Shown here one piece after another: positions 27,555-35,948 of a stretch of DNA of 64,000 nt. Source of the stretch: a bacterium (GTDB taxonomy: Bacteria; Patescibacteriota; Minisyncoccia; Phycocordibacterales; UBA12079); the NCBI GenBank assembly GCA_030641525.1, contig DAOWHH010000001.1, forward strand, positions 2,626-66,625, given 5' to 3'. A program made the translations under genes and the position numbers. Positions within the stretch are counted from its first letter, which is position 1; each line of letters starts with the position of its first letter. The notes under the pieces are model-generated. The model had not been told where the DNA came from. It saw only the letters and a program-made list of their open reading frames with translations, and searched no databases.

Positions 27555-28040
27555 ATGGCAATTATAAAAGAAAAGAAAAAAGGGCTTTTAGATAAAATCA
27601 AAGGAATTTTAGGAGATTCTAAAACAATTGTGTTTGTGAATTTCAAAGGACTGAATGTATTGGATACTACTCAATTACGAAATGATTTGAGAAATGAAGG
27701 TTCACTATATACAGTAACTAAAAAAACTTTACTTAAAAAAAGCCTAGAAGAATCTTCTGTTAAAGGAGAACTTCCTGAATTAGAAGGTGAGTTAGCTATA
27801 GCTTATAGTGAGGATGAAATTGCTCCTGCTAGAGGAGTTTATGAATTCCAGAAGAAACATAAAGATAATATATCAATTTTAGGAGGAATTTTTGAAGGGG
27901 AATATGTAGATAAAGAAAAAATGTTATCCATTGCACAAATTCCTTCACTAAAGGGATTACAAGGTCAATTTGTTAATGTAATAAATTCTCCTATCCAAGG
28001 ATTGGTTATTGCATTGAATGAAATTGCTGGAAGAGATTAA
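27555..28040 (+). CDS. rplJ: 50S ribosomal protein L10
   Basis: 161 aa. Lies just upstream of L7/L12. FVNFKGLNVLDTTQLRNDLR is typical of L10. Confidence 0.9.
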   Translation: MAIIKEKKKGLLDKIKGILGDSKTIVFVNFKGLNVLDTTQLRNDLRNEGSLYTVTKKTLLKKSLEESSVKGELPELEGELAIAYSEDEIAPARGVYEFQKKHKDNISILGGIFEGEYVDKEKMLSIAQIPSLKGLQGQFVNVINSPIQGLVIALNEIAGRD

Positions 28041-28155
28041 GTTATTTGGTAGTCGGATTATCAAGTAAAATTATTGGAATTAAAAATTAGAAAAAAGATT
28101 TAGGAAGTAAATTTTCTCTTAAATCTTAAATCTATTTAAGGTGGATTAAAATATT

Positions 28156-28701
28156 ATGGAAGAAAAAAAAGATGAAGTAGTTGAAGAAGCTACTGAAGTA
28201 AAGGAAGAAACAGTAGAAGCTCCTGTAGAAGAAGCTAAAACTGAAGATCCTAAACCTGAGGTCGGACAAGAAAAAAAGAAAGAAGTAGGAGAGGATACTA
28301 ACCCTGCAGACGGGCAAGATGTAGAAGTTCCTAAAAAATTTAAAACATTGGTAGAAGGAATTGAATCTATGTCTGTGCTTGATTTAAATGAATTAGTTAA
28401 ATTACTTGAAAAGAAATTTGGTGTATCAGCTGCAGCTGTTGCCGTAGCAGGTGGACCAATTGCTAGTGCTGATGACGGAGCAGAAGAAAAAAGTGCTTTT
28501 GATGTAGAACTTACATCTGTTGGAGATCAAAAAATAGCAGTTATTAAAGCTGTTAAAGGTGCTTTAGGATTAGGTCTGAAAGAGGCTAAAGATTTGGTTG
28601 ATGCAGCTCCTACGGTTTTGAAAAAGGATATGAAGAAAGAAGAAGCTGAATCTTTGAAGAAAGATATAGAAGAAGCTGGAGGAAAGGTTGAATTGAAATA
28701 A
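28156..28701 (+). CDS. rplL: 50S ribosomal protein L7/L12 with an about 58-aa acidic N-terminal extension
   Basis: 181 aa. The canonical part starts at [30 protein letters not shown] and ends [27 protein letters not shown]...AGGKVELK. Confidence 0.9.
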   Translation: MEEKKDEVVEEATEVKEETVEAPVEEAKTEDPKPEVGQEKKKEVGEDTNPADGQDVEVPKKFKTLVEGIESMSVLDLNELVKLLEKKFGVSAAAVAVAGGPIASADDGAEEKSAFDVELTSVGDQKIAVIKAVKGALGLGLKEAKDLVDAAPTVLKKDMKKEEAESLKKDIEEAGGKVELK

Positions 28702-28702
28702 A

Positions 28703-28743
28703 TATTACCATAATCATTTTTACTAATCCTCACTCGAAATTAT
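28703..28743 (+). repeat. 3' half of the about 90-nt intergenic element (copy A); left arm of a 32-bp perfect inverted repeat
   Basis: AATCATTTTTACTAATCCTCACTCGAAATTAT (28712-28743) is the exact reverse complement of 30027-30058. Confidence 0.9.
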
Positions 28744-28747
28744 CATT

Positions 28748-28776
28748 AAAAAACAGCTATCGGATAGCTGTTTTTT
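28748..28776 (+). terminator. intrinsic terminator after rplL
   Basis: AAAAAACAGCTATC-G-GATAGCTGTTTTTT, embedded in a 47-bp palindrome (28739-28785). Confidence 0.8.
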
Positions 28777-28805
28777 AATGATAATTTTATTATTTATTAA
28801 TCCTC

Positions 28806-28833
28806 TTGACATATTATGTTATCTATATATAAT
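28806..28833 (+). promoter_or_regulatory. consensus sigma70 promoter
   Basis: TTGACA (28806-28811), 16-nt spacer, TATAAT (28828-28833). Confidence 0.6.
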
Positions 28834-28906
28834 TTAAATAATTATATAACGATAATCAAAATAATTTTTAGTTATCTAAATTCAAATAGTTCTTTGGGAG
28901 GAGAAT

Positions 28907-29296
28907 ATGAACAATAATAGGCAGATTACTAAAATACTGGGTATTTTAGTAATAGTGGTAATTGTAATGAGTGGTTGTTCAAGAGGTTTTCCATCTTTTT
29001 CAAAAGATGAAAAAATATGGTTAGGAGCTTGTATGTCCGGTCAAATAGTTGATTTATACACAACAGATCAAGGTCTTAAAAGAGGATTTGGAGAAGCTAA
29101 TCAAGTGACTTTTAGTGAAAAACCAAGCATAGAAGAATTATTTTTTAAAAAATTATTCATATATGCAGGGATGTACTTTGTATCTTGGTTGACAGAAGAT
29201 CCTGACGATGATGAAGATATTTCTATTGTGTGTGCAACATTAGGTTTTGGAGCTGCTGGATATAATCAGCATCTTATCGACACAAATTCACAATAA
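28907..29296 (+). CDS. lipoprotein, function unknown
   Basis: 129 aa. Signal peptide with lipobox VMSGC. Strong SD (GGGAGGAG, 28896-28903) that is atypical for this window. Confidence 0.55.
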   Translation: MNNNRQITKILGILVIVVIVMSGCSRGFPSFSKDEKIWLGACMSGQIVDLYTTDQGLKRGFGEANQVTFSEKPSIEELFFKKLFIYAGMYFVSWLTEDPDDDEDISIVCATLGFGAAGYNQHLIDTNSQ

Positions 29297-29412
29297 CCGT
29301 TCAATAACCCTCTTTTTTGAGGGTTATTTTTATAAAATACTTCTTAGTATTATCAACTATATGAAGTAAATTGTTATTGTAGATATTTTAAATTTTTGAT
29401 AATATTATTTAT

Positions 29413-30030
29413 ATGGAAACTCTAACTAAATTATTTGGGACCTCAGCTAAAGTAAAAATAATGAGATTATTTTTATCTAATGAAGATCAGGTTTTTAATA
29501 ATGCTGATATTTCAAAAAAAACAAAGGTTTCTTTAGCTAATGTTAGAAAGGAATTAAATATTTTGGAAAAAATTAATCTTGTTAAAAGAAAGGTTTTCTA
29601 CAAAGAAATAGAAAAGAAAAAAGCTGGAAAAATAATTATCGAAAAGAAGAAAAATAATGGTTGGGTATTAGATAAGAGTTTTTCTTTATTAAGTCCTCTT
29701 AAAAACTTACTTATTAAAAGTAGTCCTTTGGAGTCCAAGGAAATAATATCTCGACTCAAAAAAGGAGGAAATCTTAAATTGGTGATAATATCAGGAGTAT
29801 TTGTACAAGAAAAGGATAGTAGGGTAGATATTTTAATAGTAGGGGACAATTTGGATAATTCTTATTTAGACAGGGCTATTCATACTATTGAATCTGAAAT
29901 AGGACAGGAATTAATATATTCTGTTCTAGAAACAGCTGATTTTATATACAGATTAGGAGTTTACGATAAATTATTAAGAGATATTTTAGATTTTTCTCAT
30001 AAAAAACTAATTAATAAATTGAATTTATAA
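29413..30030 (+). CDS. winged-helix transcriptional regulator with an uncharacterised C-terminal domain
   Basis: 205 aa. The N-terminal KVKIMRLFLSNEDQVFNNADISKKTKVSLANVRKELNILEKINLVKRK is an ArsR/MarR-like wHTH pattern. Confidence 0.55.
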   Translation: METLTKLFGTSAKVKIMRLFLSNEDQVFNNADISKKTKVSLANVRKELNILEKINLVKRKVFYKEIEKKKAGKIIIEKKKNNGWVLDKSFSLLSPLKNLLIKSSPLESKEIISRLKKGGNLKLVIISGVFVQEKDSRVDILIVGDNLDNSYLDRAIHTIESEIGQELIYSVLETADFIYRLGVYDKLLRDILDFSHKKLINKLNL

Positions 30031-30116
30031 TTTCGAGTGAGGATTAGTAAAAATGATTACGCTAGTATTTATTTTTACTATATCCGAGCGATGGAATTAT
30101 ATGCTTGCTTCATATA
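30027..30116 (-). repeat. full copy B of the about 90-nt intergenic element (inverted orientation)
   Basis: The reverse complement reads TATATGAAGCAAGCATATAATTCCATCGCTCGGATATAGTAAAAAT...ATTTTTACTAATCCTCACTCGAAATTAT. It overlaps the stop codon of the upstream gene. Confidence 0.9.
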
Positions 30117-30337
30117 GTTTATTTGCCTTAAGTGGGGTTAAAATTAGGATAAGTGGTTTATCCACAATTATTGTATTATATATCTCTTATATAATGATAT
30201 TATATGAATATATAGTAATAAAGGTCGTCAAATCATAAAACCAATGTTGTTTTTGGTGGTTAAGTTAAACTATCCGATCAAGTTTTTGGTATATGATAAT
30301 AATTAAAAAATAATTATTAATTATAAATTTAGAAAAT

Positions 30338-31021
30338 ATGATATTACAAACTTGGGGTGAAGTGTTATCACAATCTTTTTTGAATCTTTGGATGGTGATT
30401 GTGAGTTTTGTTCCTAACCTAATTGTGGCAATAGTAATTTTTATTGCTGGTTGGGTAGCTGGAGTTTTGTTTGGAAGAGTAATTGAACGAATCATTCGTT
30501 CACTTGGTGTTGATAAGGTATTACGAAGTGCAGGTGTGGAAAAGACATTTAATAAAGCAGGCTTTCGTTTGGATACAGGAGCTTTCATTGGTGCTTTAAT
30601 TAAATGGTTTATCATAGTTGTTTTCTTAATAGCATCTTTTGATGTTTTGGGACTTGATCAAGTAAATCTATTCTTACAACAAGTTGTTCTGCTATACCTT
30701 CCAAGAGTAATAGTTTCGGCTATAATTCTTTTAGTTGCAGCAGTTATTGCTGAAGTAACAGAAAATCTTGTTAGAGGATCAGCCAAAGCAGCAGGTGTTA
30801 AACAAGCTCGTTTATTAGGAGTTATTTCTCATTGGGCAATCCTAATTTTTGCTGGTTTAATGGCTCTTTATCAAATAGGAGTAGCAGCAACATTTGTACA
30901 AACATTATTTACAGGATTTGTTGTAGCTTTATCTTTGGCGATTGGACTTTCGTTTGGTTTAGGTGGAAAGAATGCAGCAGCGGATGTTATAGATGAATTT
31001 AGAAAAAAAATAGGTAAATAA
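30338..31021 (+). CDS. membrane protein with conserved TM-helix repeats (CmpX/MscS-associated type)
   Basis: 227 aa. LPNLIVAIVIFIAGWVAGVLFGRVIERIIRSLGVDKVL occurs as a repeated TM-helix motif. Confidence 0.55.
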   Translation: MILQTWGEVLSQSFLNLWMVIVSFVPNLIVAIVIFIAGWVAGVLFGRVIERIIRSLGVDKVLRSAGVEKTFNKAGFRLDTGAFIGALIKWFIIVVFLIASFDVLGLDQVNLFLQQVVLLYLPRVIVSAIILLVAAVIAEVTENLVRGSAKAAGVKQARLLGVISHWAILIFAGLMALYQIGVAATFVQTLFTGFVVALSLAIGLSFGLGGKNAAADVIDEFRKKIGK

Positions 31022-31039
31022 TCTAGTAAATTAAGGATG

Positions 31040-31112
31040 AATCACCCAACATCACTTTTGAGGAATAGAAATTTCTATTTCCCAAAAGTGATGTTGGGTG
31101 ATTTTTGGTTTT
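31040..31112 (+). terminator. long-stem terminator
   Basis: AATCACCCAACATCACTTTTG (31040-31060) pairs with CAAAAGTGATGTTGGGTGATT (31083-31103), followed by TTTGGTTTTT. Confidence 0.7.
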
Positions 31113-31147
31113 TATGTATTAATATATTTTTTGAAATCATATAATCA

Positions 31148-31178
31148 TTGACTTAATATTTAATTTTGGTAGTATATA
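31148..31178 (+). promoter_or_regulatory. putative promoter of the S19-led ribosomal operon
   Basis: TTGACT (31148-31153) followed 18-19 nt later by GTATATA. Confidence 0.35.
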
Positions 31179-31221
31179 ACAAGCTCCGATAGCTAAAGGA
31201 GTATTTATTTTTTATATTATT

Positions 31222-31551
31222 ATGACAAGATCACTTAAAAAAGGTCCTTATGTGGACGAAAAACTTTTGAAAAAGATAGAAGGTAAAAAACCAAAAGATG
31301 CTGGTGTTGTTAAGACTTGGGCAAGAGCTAGTCAAATATCTCCAGAAATGGTTGGTTGGACCTTTGGTGTTCACAATGGTAAAAACTTTATTGATGTTTT
31401 TGTAACGGAAGATATGGTAGGGCATCGTTTAGGTGAATTTTCTTCTACAAAGAAATTTATTAAACATGGAGGTAGAATGCAAAAAGAATTGGATCAAAAG
31501 AAAAAAGAAGCTGAAATAACAGCAGCTAAAGCAGCTAAAGCAGCAGCATAA
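31222..31551 (+). CDS. rpsS: 30S ribosomal protein S19 (K/A-rich C-terminal extension)
   Basis: [19 protein letters not shown] and [13 protein letters not shown]. Confidence 0.93.
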   Translation: MTRSLKKGPYVDEKLLKKIEGKKPKDAGVVKTWARASQISPEMVGWTFGVHNGKNFIDVFVTEDMVGHRLGEFSSTKKFIKHGGRMQKELDQKKKEAEITAAKAAKAAA

Positions 31552-31562
31552 TATTTTATTAT

Positions 31563-31997
31563 ATGGAAATAAAAGCAAGTATTAAAAATTATAGACAATC
31601 TCCAAGAAAGCTTCGTTTGATTGCTAATTTAATTCGTGGCAAAAAAGTTGATAGGGCGATTTCTGAACTTAATCATTTAAACAAAAAAGCATCAATTATT
31701 GTAAAAAAATTATTAGAATCAGCGTTAGCCAATGCTAAACATAATAATAATTTGAAAAAGGAAGATTTGTTTTTAAAAAAGATAGTGGTTGATAGCGGTC
31801 CATCTTTAAAAAGATTCAGGCCTGGAGCAAGAGGAGTGGCTTATCCTTATAAAAAAAGAACAAGTAATATTTCTGTTGTTTTAGGAGAAGATGTTAAAGA
31901 ACCTGAAAGAATTAAACCATCTGCCTCCACTAAAGGTTATGATGTGACAAAGAAAGATGAGAAAATTAAAACCATTAAAAAAGTAATTAAAAAATAA
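31563..31997 (+). CDS. rplV: 50S ribosomal protein L22
   Basis: YRQSPRKLRLIANLIRGKKVDRAISEL, in the conserved operon position. Confidence 0.9.
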   Translation: MEIKASIKNYRQSPRKLRLIANLIRGKKVDRAISELNHLNKKASIIVKKLLESALANAKHNNNLKKEDLFLKKIVVDSGPSLKRFRPGARGVAYPYKKRTSNISVVLGEDVKEPERIKPSASTKGYDVTKKDEKIKTIKKVIKK

Positions 31998-32000
31998 TTT

Positions 32001-32657
32001 ATGACACATACTGTTCACCCTTATGCACATAGAATAGGAATACTGAGAGATTGGAAATCTCGTTGGTTTGGTTCGCGTAAAAAATATTCTGAATATTTAA
32101 AAGCAGATGTTTTAATTAGAGAATATTTAGAAAAAAAGCTCAGAAAATTTTATATTTCTTCTATTGAAACAGAGAGAAGTGAAAAATTATTTAGAATTAT
32201 TATTAAAACTTCTAGAGCAGGTATGTTAATTGGAAGAAGTGGTGAAGGGGTACAGAAATTAAAGGACGATATAATAGCCTTTATGGATAAAAATAATTTA
32301 ACTAAGTCAAAAGAATTGAAAGTTGATATTGAAGAGATAAGATACCCAGAAACAGATGCCGCTGTGGTAGGAATGATGGTAGCAGAAGCTCTTGAAAAGA
32401 GAATGCCTTTTAGAAGAGTATTAAAAATGACTGTTGAAAAAGTAGCTGCTAACAGAGATGTAAAAGGTGTAAAGATTTCAATATCAGGTCGTTTAGGAGG
32501 AGCTGAAATGGCAAGAAGAGAAGAATTAAAGAAAGGAGGAATTCCACTTCAAACTTTTAGAGCTGATATTGATTTTGCAAAAGAAAAAGCATATATGTCT
32601 TATGGAGTTATAGGTATTAAAGTGTGGATTTATAAAGGAGAGATATTCAAGAAGTAA
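32001..32657 (+). CDS. rpsC: 30S ribosomal protein S3
   Basis: HTVHPYAHRIGILRDWKSRWF and a KH domain. Confidence 0.93.
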   Translation: MTHTVHPYAHRIGILRDWKSRWFGSRKKYSEYLKADVLIREYLEKKLRKFYISSIETERSEKLFRIIIKTSRAGMLIGRSGEGVQKLKDDIIAFMDKNNLTKSKELKVDIEEIRYPETDAAVVGMMVAEALEKRMPFRRVLKMTVEKVAANRDVKGVKISISGRLGGAEMARREELKKGGIPLQTFRADIDFAKEKAYMSYGVIGIKVWIYKGEIFKK

Positions 32658-32680
32658 AAAGTTTGTAAAGTGAAAAAATT

Positions 32681-33112
32681 ATGTTATTTCCCAAAAAAGC
32701 AAAACATAGAAAATGGCAAACAGGCCGAAAAAACCCAAAGAAAGTTGGGGTTGCTTCTCGTGGAAAAACAATAGCTTTTGGGTCTTTTGGTTTGAAATCA
32801 TTAACAGGAGCAAGAATTAAATCTAATCAAATTGAAGCTGCACGAAGAGCAGCTAAAAGGTATTTAGGAAAGGTAGGTACAGTTTATATCAGAATTTTTC
32901 CTGATAGACCTTTTACTTCTAAGCCAGCAGAGGTTAAAATGGGTAAAGGAAAAGGGGCACCGGAGGGGTATTGTGTACCTGTAAAACCTGGGTCAATGTT
33001 ATTTGAAGTGGATGGTGTGGATGAAAAAACAGCTAGAGAAGCTTTGAGAAAAGCTGGAACAAAATTACCTGTTAAGACAAAGATAGTTGATAGGGAAAAA
33101 ATAACTATTTAA
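32681..33112 (+). CDS. rplP: 50S ribosomal protein L16
   Basis: MLFPKKAKHRKWQTGR and the mid-protein AEVKMGKGKGAPEGY. Confidence 0.93.
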   Translation: MLFPKKAKHRKWQTGRKNPKKVGVASRGKTIAFGSFGLKSLTGARIKSNQIEAARRAAKRYLGKVGTVYIRIFPDRPFTSKPAEVKMGKGKGAPEGYCVPVKPGSMLFEVDGVDEKTAREALRKAGTKLPVKTKIVDREKITI

Positions 33113-33116
33113 TATT

Positions 33117-33317
33117 ATGGTGAAAAAAATTGATTTAAAAAAGAAAACAGAAAAAGATTTACATAAATCTTTATTAGAAAAAAGAGCTGAATTAAGAGAA
33201 TTTAGGTTTGCTTTATCTGGTAGTAAAATAAAGAATATTAAGAAAGCTAGAGCCTTAAGGAGAATGATTGCTCGTATATTAACAGAATTAAATTTTAGAG
33301 TAAGAAATACATCATAG
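33117..33317 (+). CDS. rpmC: 50S ribosomal protein L29
   Basis: 66 aa. ELREFRFALSGSKIKNIKKARALRRMIARILT. Confidence 0.88.
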   Translation: MVKKIDLKKKTEKDLHKSLLEKRAELREFRFALSGSKIKNIKKARALRRMIARILTELNFRVRNTS

Positions 33318-33410
33318 AATTATGTGAAGCAAGCATATAATTCCATCGCTCGGACATAGTAAAAATAAATATTTAAAAATAATCATTTTTACTAGTCCTC
33401 ACTCGAAATT
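33318..33410 (+). repeat. copy C of the about 90-nt intergenic element; fills the whole L29-S17 spacer
   Basis: ATGTGAAGCAAGCATATAATTCCATCGCTCGGACATAGTAAAAAT...ATTTTTACTAGTCCTCACTCGAAATT, ending at the rpsQ ATG. Confidence 0.9.
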
Positions 33411-33686
33411 ATGAAATTATTTAAAAACAAAAAAGAAAATCAGAAGATTGATGATAAAAAAGGAAAAACTCTAAAAGGAGAGGTTGTTTCTAATAAAATG
33501 GAAAAAACACTTGTAGTTTTGGTAAAAAGATTTGTTAAACATCCTAAATATGGTAAATATAGAACAATCACAAAAAGATATAAAGCTCATTATGATGAGG
33601 GAGAGTATGAGATTGGAGATAAAGTAGAGATAAAGGAATGTAATCCTATTTCAAAAGATAAAAAATTTAAGATAGTTAAGAGTTAA
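33411..33686 (+). CDS. rpsQ: 30S ribosomal protein S17
   Basis: LKGEVVSNKMEKTLVVLVKRFVKHPKYGKY. Confidence 0.9.
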   Translation: MKLFKNKKENQKIDDKKGKTLKGEVVSNKMEKTLVVLVKRFVKHPKYGKYRTITKRYKAHYDEGEYEIGDKVEIKECNPISKDKKFKIVKS

Positions 33687-33752
33687 AGGTTTTTAGTCTT
33701 TAGTAAAGAAAATTGCAAAGTGATTTTCTATCTATAAACTAATATTAATATT

Positions 33753-34124
33753 ATGATTCAACCACAAACAATAGTTAAAATAACGGACAATTCAGGAGCT
33801 AAGACTGGTAGAGTTTTTAAAGTTTTAGGTTCTTCCAAAAAGAGATATGCTCGAATAGGAGATTTGGTTGTTTTGTCTGTTCAAACAGCTGAACCTAGAA
33901 AACAGGTTAAGAAGAAGGATGTTTTAAGAGCTGTGGTGGTGAGAACTAAACAAAAACAAAGAAGAAAAGATGGATCATATATTAGTTTTGACGATAACGC
34001 AGTTGTTATAGTTGAAAAAGGAAAGAAAGAACCAATAGCAGGAAGAATTTTTGGACCTATTCCTAGAGAAATTGCTGATTTAGGTTATCAAAAAGTTATT
34101 TCTTTAGCTCCTGAGGTTATATAA
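33753..34124 (+). CDS. rplN: 50S ribosomal protein L14
   Basis: MIQPQTIVKITDNSGAK. Confidence 0.95.
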   Translation: MIQPQTIVKITDNSGAKTGRVFKVLGSSKKRYARIGDLVVLSVQTAEPRKQVKKKDVLRAVVVRTKQKQRRKDGSYISFDDNAVVIVEKGKKEPIAGRIFGPIPREIADLGYQKVISLAPEVI

Positions 34125-34131
34125 GAAAATC

Positions 34132-34419
34132 ATGAAAATCAAAAAAAACGACAATGTAAAAATAATTGCGGGGAAAGATAAAGGTAAAACTGGGAAAATT
34201 TTGCGTGCTTTTCCTAAATTAGATAAAGTTTTAGTTGAGGGTATTAATAAGAAGAAAAAGAACCAGAAATCTACACGAAAAGGTCAAAAAGGACAGATTA
34301 TTGAAAAAGAATTTCCAATTCATGTTTCTAATGTGGCTTTGGCAGGTTCTAAAACCAAAAAGATTACTAAGGTTGGAGAAAAGGTAGCGAAAGTCAAGGA
34401 AATTAAAACTACTAAATAA
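34132..34419 (+). CDS. rplX: 50S ribosomal protein L24
   Basis: MKIKKNDNVKIIAGKDKGKTGKI (KOW motif). Confidence 0.9.
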   Translation: MKIKKNDNVKIIAGKDKGKTGKILRAFPKLDKVLVEGINKKKKNQKSTRKGQKGQIIEKEFPIHVSNVALAGSKTKKITKVGEKVAKVKEIKTTK

Positions 34420-34424
34420 ATTAC

Positions 34425-34976
34425 ATGAATATTAAAGAGAAACAAAAGAATACATTTGATGTTTTAAAAACTGATTTTGGTTACAAAAACAAAATGCAAG
34501 CTCCTAAATTAGAAAAGGTTGTTTTGAGTGTGGGAGTTGGTTCTTCATCTGTTGATAAGAAAAGAATTGAATTAATAGAAGATAGATTAACGAAAATAGC
34601 AGGACAAAAACCAGCTCATAGAAAAGCGCGAAAATCTATTGCAGCTTTTAAATTAAGAGAGGGGGAAAAGGTAGGTTATCAAGTGACTTTAAGAGGTGAT
34701 AGGATGTTTGGTTTTTTGGATAAGTTTATAGATATAGCTTTACCTCGAACAAAAGATTTCAGAGGGTTAACTATTAAATCAATTGATGAAATGGGGAATG
34801 CTACTCTAGGAATTAAGGAGCATATTATTTTCCCAGAAACATCGGATGAGGAATTAAGAGATGTATTCGGTATGTCTATATCAATTGTGACATCAGCTAA
34901 TGATAAAAAAGAAGCAGAAGCTTTTTTACGACATCTGGGATTTCCTTTTAAAAAGGAAGAAGAAGCTAAAAAATAA
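34425..34976 (+). CDS. rplE: 50S ribosomal protein L5
   Basis: YKNKMQAPKLEKVVLSVGVG and RGDRMFGFLDKFI. Confidence 0.93.
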   Translation: MNIKEKQKNTFDVLKTDFGYKNKMQAPKLEKVVLSVGVGSSSVDKKRIELIEDRLTKIAGQKPAHRKARKSIAAFKLREGEKVGYQVTLRGDRMFGFLDKFIDIALPRTKDFRGLTIKSIDEMGNATLGIKEHIIFPETSDEELRDVFGMSISIVTSANDKKEAEAFLRHLGFPFKKEEEAKK

Positions 34977-35002
34977 ATTTTAAATAAAGTTAATATAAAT
35001 AG

Positions 35003-35030
35003 AAAACAGCTGTAAAATAGCTGTTTTTTT
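35003..35030 (+). terminator. terminator-like hairpin inside the spc operon (L5-S14 spacer)
   Basis: AAAACAGCT-GTAAAAT-AGCTGTTTTTTT. Same design as the rplL terminator. Confidence 0.55.
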
Positions 35031-35163
35031 ATTTGTATTCTGAGGTTTAATTTTGAAATAAAAAAAAACGAACAAAAATCAACATTTAATTGACTTTAAT
35101 AGGTGTTTTTGATAGGATTAACGAAGTTATCCGCTATAAGGCGGTATTAATTTATAGATAAAA

Positions 35164-35349
35164 ATGGCAAAAAAATCAGTTATAGCAAGAGCAAATAAAG
35201 AACCTAAATTTTCTTCAAGAATAGTGAGAAGATGTTTTAGATGTGGTAGAAAAAGGGGTTATATGCGTCAATTCGATTTATGTAGAATATGTTTTAGAGA
35301 ATTAGCAAATGAAGGAAAAATTCCGGGTATTAAAAAATCATCTTGGTAG
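35164..35349 (+). CDS. rpsZ: 30S ribosomal protein S14, zinc-binding type Z
   Basis: 61 aa. [23 protein letters not shown] contains two CxxC pairs. Confidence 0.92.
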   Translation: MAKKSVIARANKEPKFSSRIVRRCFRCGRKRGYMRQFDLCRICFRELANEGKIPGIKKSSW

Positions 35350-35350
35350 A

Positions 35351-35455
35351 TAATTAGTTTATGGCTGATTAGCTGGCTAGCTTCTTAGGAGAAAAATCGC
35401 AGAGCGATTTTTCCTCTAATAAGCTAATTAGCTAGCAAGCTAAAAAGCTAAAATT
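35351..35455. repeat. about 105-nt imperfect palindrome in the S14-S8 spacer
   Basis: The arms are built from TTAGCT words (GATTAGCTGGCTAGCTTCTTAGGAG / CCTCTAATAAGCTAATTAGCTAGC) around the core hairpin GAAAAATCGC-AGA-GCGATTTTTC. Similar arms occur at 56481-56520. Confidence 0.7.
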
Positions 35456-35463
35456 AAATAATT

Positions 35464-35859
35464 ATGTCTAGAGATATAGTATCAGAATTAATAATTGGCA
35501 TTAAAAATGCAGGTATGGCAGGTAATGAAACTGTTCGTTTTCCTTATTCTGAATTAAAAGCTACTATTGCTGATATTTTAAAAAAAGAGGGATATATAGA
35601 TTCTTTTTCAAAAATTGGTAAAACTCCTAAAAGAAAATTGGAAATAGGAATAGCGTATAAAGATAAAAATACTCCTAAAATTAGAGATATTGTAAGAGTT
35701 TCAAAATTATCTAAAAGAATTTATTTTGGTAATAAAGATATCAAGAGAGTTAAGGGTGGTTATGGAAAATTAATCGTATCTACATCCAAAGGAGTTATGA
35801 CGGGAGATAAAGCTAGAAAGGAAGGAATTGGGGGTGAGCCGTTATTTAAAGTTTGGTAA
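35464..35859 (+). CDS. rpsH: 30S ribosomal protein S8
   Basis: DIVSELIIGIKNAGMAGNETVRFPYSELK and GGEPLFKVW. Confidence 0.93.
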   Translation: MSRDIVSELIIGIKNAGMAGNETVRFPYSELKATIADILKKEGYIDSFSKIGKTPKRKLEIGIAYKDKNTPKIRDIVRVSKLSKRIYFGNKDIKRVKGGYGKLIVSTSKGVMTGDKARKEGIGGEPLFKVW

Positions 35860-35948
35860 TATTATATGAAGTAAGCATATAATTACATCGTTCGGGTTAT
35901 ATAAAAATAATATTAAAATAATCTTTTTATAAATCCTCACTTGAAATT
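35860..35948 (+). repeat. copy D (diverged) of the about 90-nt intergenic element; fills the whole S8-L6 spacer
   Basis: TATATGAAGTAAGCATATAATTACATCGTTCGGGTTATATAAAAAT...CTTTTTATAAATCCTCACTTGAAATT, ending at the rplF ATG. Confidence 0.85.

Noticed and set aside
30053-30238. A 61-aa ORF in the track.
   Set aside because: It lies entirely over copy B of the 90-nt repeat and AT-rich spacer. It has no start context or conservation signal, so it is a chance ORF.
33324-33359. A mini-ORF inside the 90-nt repeat (MKQAYNSIAR-T/I, 11 codons) as a possible leader peptide.
   Set aside because: It starts with GTG in copy C and ATG in copy B, but is stopped at the third codon (ATG AAG TAA) in copy D. Conservation is therefore not at peptide level.
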